A DNA stretch of 52,148 nucleotides from a virus (Duplodnaviria > Caudoviricetes): positions 1 to 52,148 of the IMG/VR virus record IMGVR_UViG_3300037137_001787; one strand, 5' to 3'. Positions 49,786 to 52,148 of this stretch are shown here, one piece after another. The notes below the pieces were generated by a model. It searched no databases. It was not told the origin of the DNA and saw nothing but the letters and a program-made list of their open reading frames with translations. Position 1 is the first letter of the stretch. Each line of letters starts with the position of its first letter. Position numbers and translations under genes: made by a program.

Positions 49786-50490
49786 TTAATCCTCCAGATA
49801 ATCTAAATCAAGTGTTGCAAGTTTGACCGTATCCGTGCTGTTCACTTGTATAGTGAACCAATCCCCTCTGGATACTGTAGTAGTCCATCCCGCAAGAGTA
49901 GTATTCTGGACTTTATTAGCATTGCTCAAAGTAACGGGAGTTCCGCCAGTGATACTATCATCTGAAGTTGGAGGAAAATTAGCATAAGTGTCTTTCCAGA
50001 TATTTACTGTCATGTTGCCTGTTTCATTCGTGACAAGCGTAGCCATTTGGAGGGTGCCATTTTTACCAACCCTGAAATGTCCTTTTACTCCAGTTGTAAT
50101 AACTGAGTCACCGCCAGAAATTATGAAGGGAATATTAAAGCGTCTCTGATTATTATCAAGTCTGGCGGATGGAAGCGTATCTGTTGCAAGAGTCAGGCTT
50201 CTATTCACAGTGGTATTCGTTACGAATCCCTGCCCCGTGATATTCGTCCAGTAATCACTAATATTCTGAGTATAGATTCCAGTGCCATATCTTCCACTTC
50301 CAATAGTACCGCCAGTAAACTCACCAATATCCGTCTTGTTTCCTTTCAGGTTATTTGTGGCATTCTGAGCATCCTGCTGTTCCTGCAAGCCGTCCACCTG
50401 CGATATGTGCAGTTTTGCTTCGTTGGTTATTGCATTGGCTGCTCCAATGAGAAATAACAGACCCACAATTAATATTACATGGTTTTTCAT
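49786..50490 (-). CDS. Secreted virion-type beta-sandwich protein
   Basis: Signal peptide, ITTGVKG, IWKDTYANFPPT..DSI and LAGWTT.V..GD. Confidence 0.65.
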   Translation of the reverse strand: MKNHVILIVGLLFLIGAANAITNEAKLHISQVDGLQEQQDAQNATNNLKGNKTDIGEFTGGTIGSGRYGTGIYTQNISDYWTNITGQGFVTNTTVNRSLTLATDTLPSARLDNNQRRFNIPFIISGGDSVITTGVKGHFRVGKNGTLQMATLVTNETGNMTVNIWKDTYANFPPTSDDSITGGTPVTLSNANKVQNTTLAGWTTTVSRGDWFTIQVNSTDTVKLATLDLDYLED

Positions 50491-50506
50491 CTTGTCATCT
50501 CCTAAT

Positions 50507-51909
50507 GTGACATCCTCCCCCCCCCTGAAGGGACGGGGCTTCCTGTTTCGTTGATCGGGCTTGCTATGTTCGACATAGTATCGGCTCGATCTCCACAGGC
50601 GTAAATTCGGTACTGTCCGTACCTACATTCTTGCATTTGCCTCTATTTTCTATTAGTATTGCTGAAACGTGATCCCTGTTGAGTACAAGACCACAGGAAG
50701 GACATGAGTGTATCCTTACTGACAGGTCTTTAGGTACAGGATATCCACAAACACATGTCTGTGACGTTCCATTAGGATTGACCTGAATGACTGATTTCCC
50801 AGCTTCTTCCGCTTTGGATATCGTCATCCTGATCAACTGACCCCAACCAGCATCCGAGATACTCTTAGCAAGACAATGATTCTTGACCATGTTATTGATA
50901 TGTAATTTCTCGAATACGATCCGGTCAAAATTATTAACAAGCATTCTGCTTGTCTTATGAGCAAAATCTTTTCTCTGGTTCCTGATTTTCCTGTGCACTC
51001 TGGCTACCTTGATCCTCTGTTTATTTCTGTTCTTTGATCTGAGTTTCTTTTTTGATAGTTGTCTCTGTTCATGGATGAGTTTCTCTTCTGACAATCTCAG
51101 GAACTTCGGGGGTTCTATCTGGTCTCCATTACTCAAGGTCAAAAGAGATTTCAAACCAACATCGATGCCTATTATGGTTTCTACAGGAATCTTCTTGATC
51201 TCTCGATCTATTTCGGTTGTGAATATCACATACCACTGATCCACATCCTTCTTGATGGTACATGTCTTGATCTTCCCTTCAATTTCCCTGTGTAAGAATA
51301 TCCTGATGTTACCTATCTTCGACAGGTTGAGCTTTCCATCCTCGATTCCAAACCCTTTTTGTGGATACGTAAACGTATTATATCTATTTCTTCCTTTGAA
51401 ACGGGGATAGCCATTTCCTCCAAAGAAATTCAGAAAACTTCTATCCAGTCTCTTCAGGACGTTCTGCAGAACTTGTGAGAATACTTCTTTCTGAAAAGGG
51501 GTTTTCGATCCGGGAAGATCGTTTGCCTGATCTTCATATTTTATCCATTCCGGTTTTCCCCATGGAATTATTCCAAAATCCCGTTCGAGATTGTTTAGTT
51601 CTGCTTCTCTTCTTCGTTCTTCCAGAGCATCATTGTAAAGATGACGACATGTGGAAAGTGTTCTGTTCAGTTTAACTTCCTGATTCTTGTTCGGGTATAT
51701 CCTGAACTGGTATGCTTTCTTCATGTTATCAGTCTCCGTAATATCTATATTGTTTCGATGCATTATATAGTTTATGCCCGTCCCGTAATCAGTCTTCGCA
51801 AACTGTTTTTCCGGGACGGGTATTATTATTTTCATGGTTTTCTATCGCCGTTATGAGTGGGGGTACGATTCATCCCCGCCCTGAAGGAACGGGGTTTTCT
51901 CTACCCCTC
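50507..51909 (-). mobile_element. IS200/IS605-family element 4 (TnpB only), relative of element 1
   Basis: Left end aggggtagagaaaaccccgttccttcagggcggggatgaatcgtacccc is nearly the same as in element 1. Right end gaagccccgtcccttcaggggggggaggatgtcac. Confidence 0.85.
50564..51724 (-). CDS. tnpB: TnpB RNA-guided nuclease (start MKKAYQF at 51724)
   Basis: GIDVG / VFEKL / NRDHVSA and a Zn finger. Clearly homologous to 14085-15269. Confidence 0.93.
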   Translation of the reverse strand: MKKAYQFRIYPNKNQEVKLNRTLSTCRHLYNDALEERRREAELNNLERDFGIIPWGKPEWIKYEDQANDLPGSKTPFQKEVFSQVLQNVLKRLDRSFLNFFGGNGYPRFKGRNRYNTFTYPQKGFGIEDGKLNLSKIGNIRIFLHREIEGKIKTCTIKKDVDQWYVIFTTEIDREIKKIPVETIIGIDVGLKSLLTLSNGDQIEPPKFLRLSEEKLIHEQRQLSKKKLRSKNRNKQRIKVARVHRKIRNQRKDFAHKTSRMLVNNFDRIVFEKLHINNMVKNHCLAKSISDAGWGQLIRMTISKAEEAGKSVIQVNPNGTSQTCVCGYPVPKDLSVRIHSCPSCGLVLNRDHVSAILIENRGKCKNVGTDSTEFTPVEIEPILCRT

Positions 51910-52148
51910 AACCCCGCTTCTATAACTCCTGAACGTATTAACATAACTATAAACGATATTTCCTGCAACTGCTGCGCTCTGAACCGTTAAGGTATAAATT
52001 GGTGTATTATTCCAGTTATTTGCATTATCAAAGGCATACCATCTATAACCAATTACTGCTCCAACTGTTGAATTTAATGTTTTGCTTACATTTGCCCATT
52101 GTGGTGTTGCAGTCCAGTTTACTGCACTATCATTAACCCAAGTCCCAG
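51901..52148 (-). CDS. 3' part of the origin-spanning LamG adhesin gene
   Basis: In frame with 1-1925 (...GYRWYAFDNANNWNNTPIY...RSGVEG*). The stop is supplied by the left end of IS element 4. Confidence 0.8.
   Translation of the reverse strand, partial: GTWVNDSAVNWTATPQWANVSKTLNSTVGAVIGYRWYAFDNANNWNNTPIYTLTVQSAAVAGNIVYSYVNTFRSYRSGVEG
52022..52148. repeat. Terminal direct repeat (copy 2)
   Basis: Identical to 1-127. Confidence 0.97.

Noticed and set aside
39474-50490. Diversity-generating retroelement acting on adhesins
   Set aside because: No reverse transcriptase and no TR/VR pair differing at adenines were seen.

Overview
The window is an apparently complete circular genome of a tailed (HK97-fold) archaeal virus. 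Bases 1-127 are repeated exactly at 52022-52148, giving a unit length of about 52,021 bp. The host is probably a Methanosarcinales/Methanoperedens-like archaeon; this is inferred from the XPF/ERCC4 nuclease, RHH/AbrB regulators, TATA-like promoters, signal-peptide N-glycoprotein-like genes and the style of the TnpBs. The minus strand carries the morphogenesis module (terminase, portal, protease/scaffold, MCP, adaptors, tail tube, ejection-like and adhesin proteins) across the origin. The middle carries an AEP-SF3 primase-helicase, an HNH nuclease, an ERCC4 nuclease and many small accessory genes. There are four IS200/IS605 elements (four TnpB, one TnpA) and many solo IS605 right-end-like hairpins at accessory-gene boundaries. 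The most interesting items are: (1) an AT-rich GNAT + true QueF + TGT/DpdA-like operon that could install an N-acetylated preQ1 (7-deazaguanine) modification; (2) a ~0.65-0.7 kb, heavily base-paired, apparently non-coding RNA ending in an IS605 right-end motif and itself interrupted by an IS200/IS605 element; (3) a family of right-end-like hairpins that bracket accessory genes like cassettes. All family assignments come from recognising motifs by eye; no searches were run.
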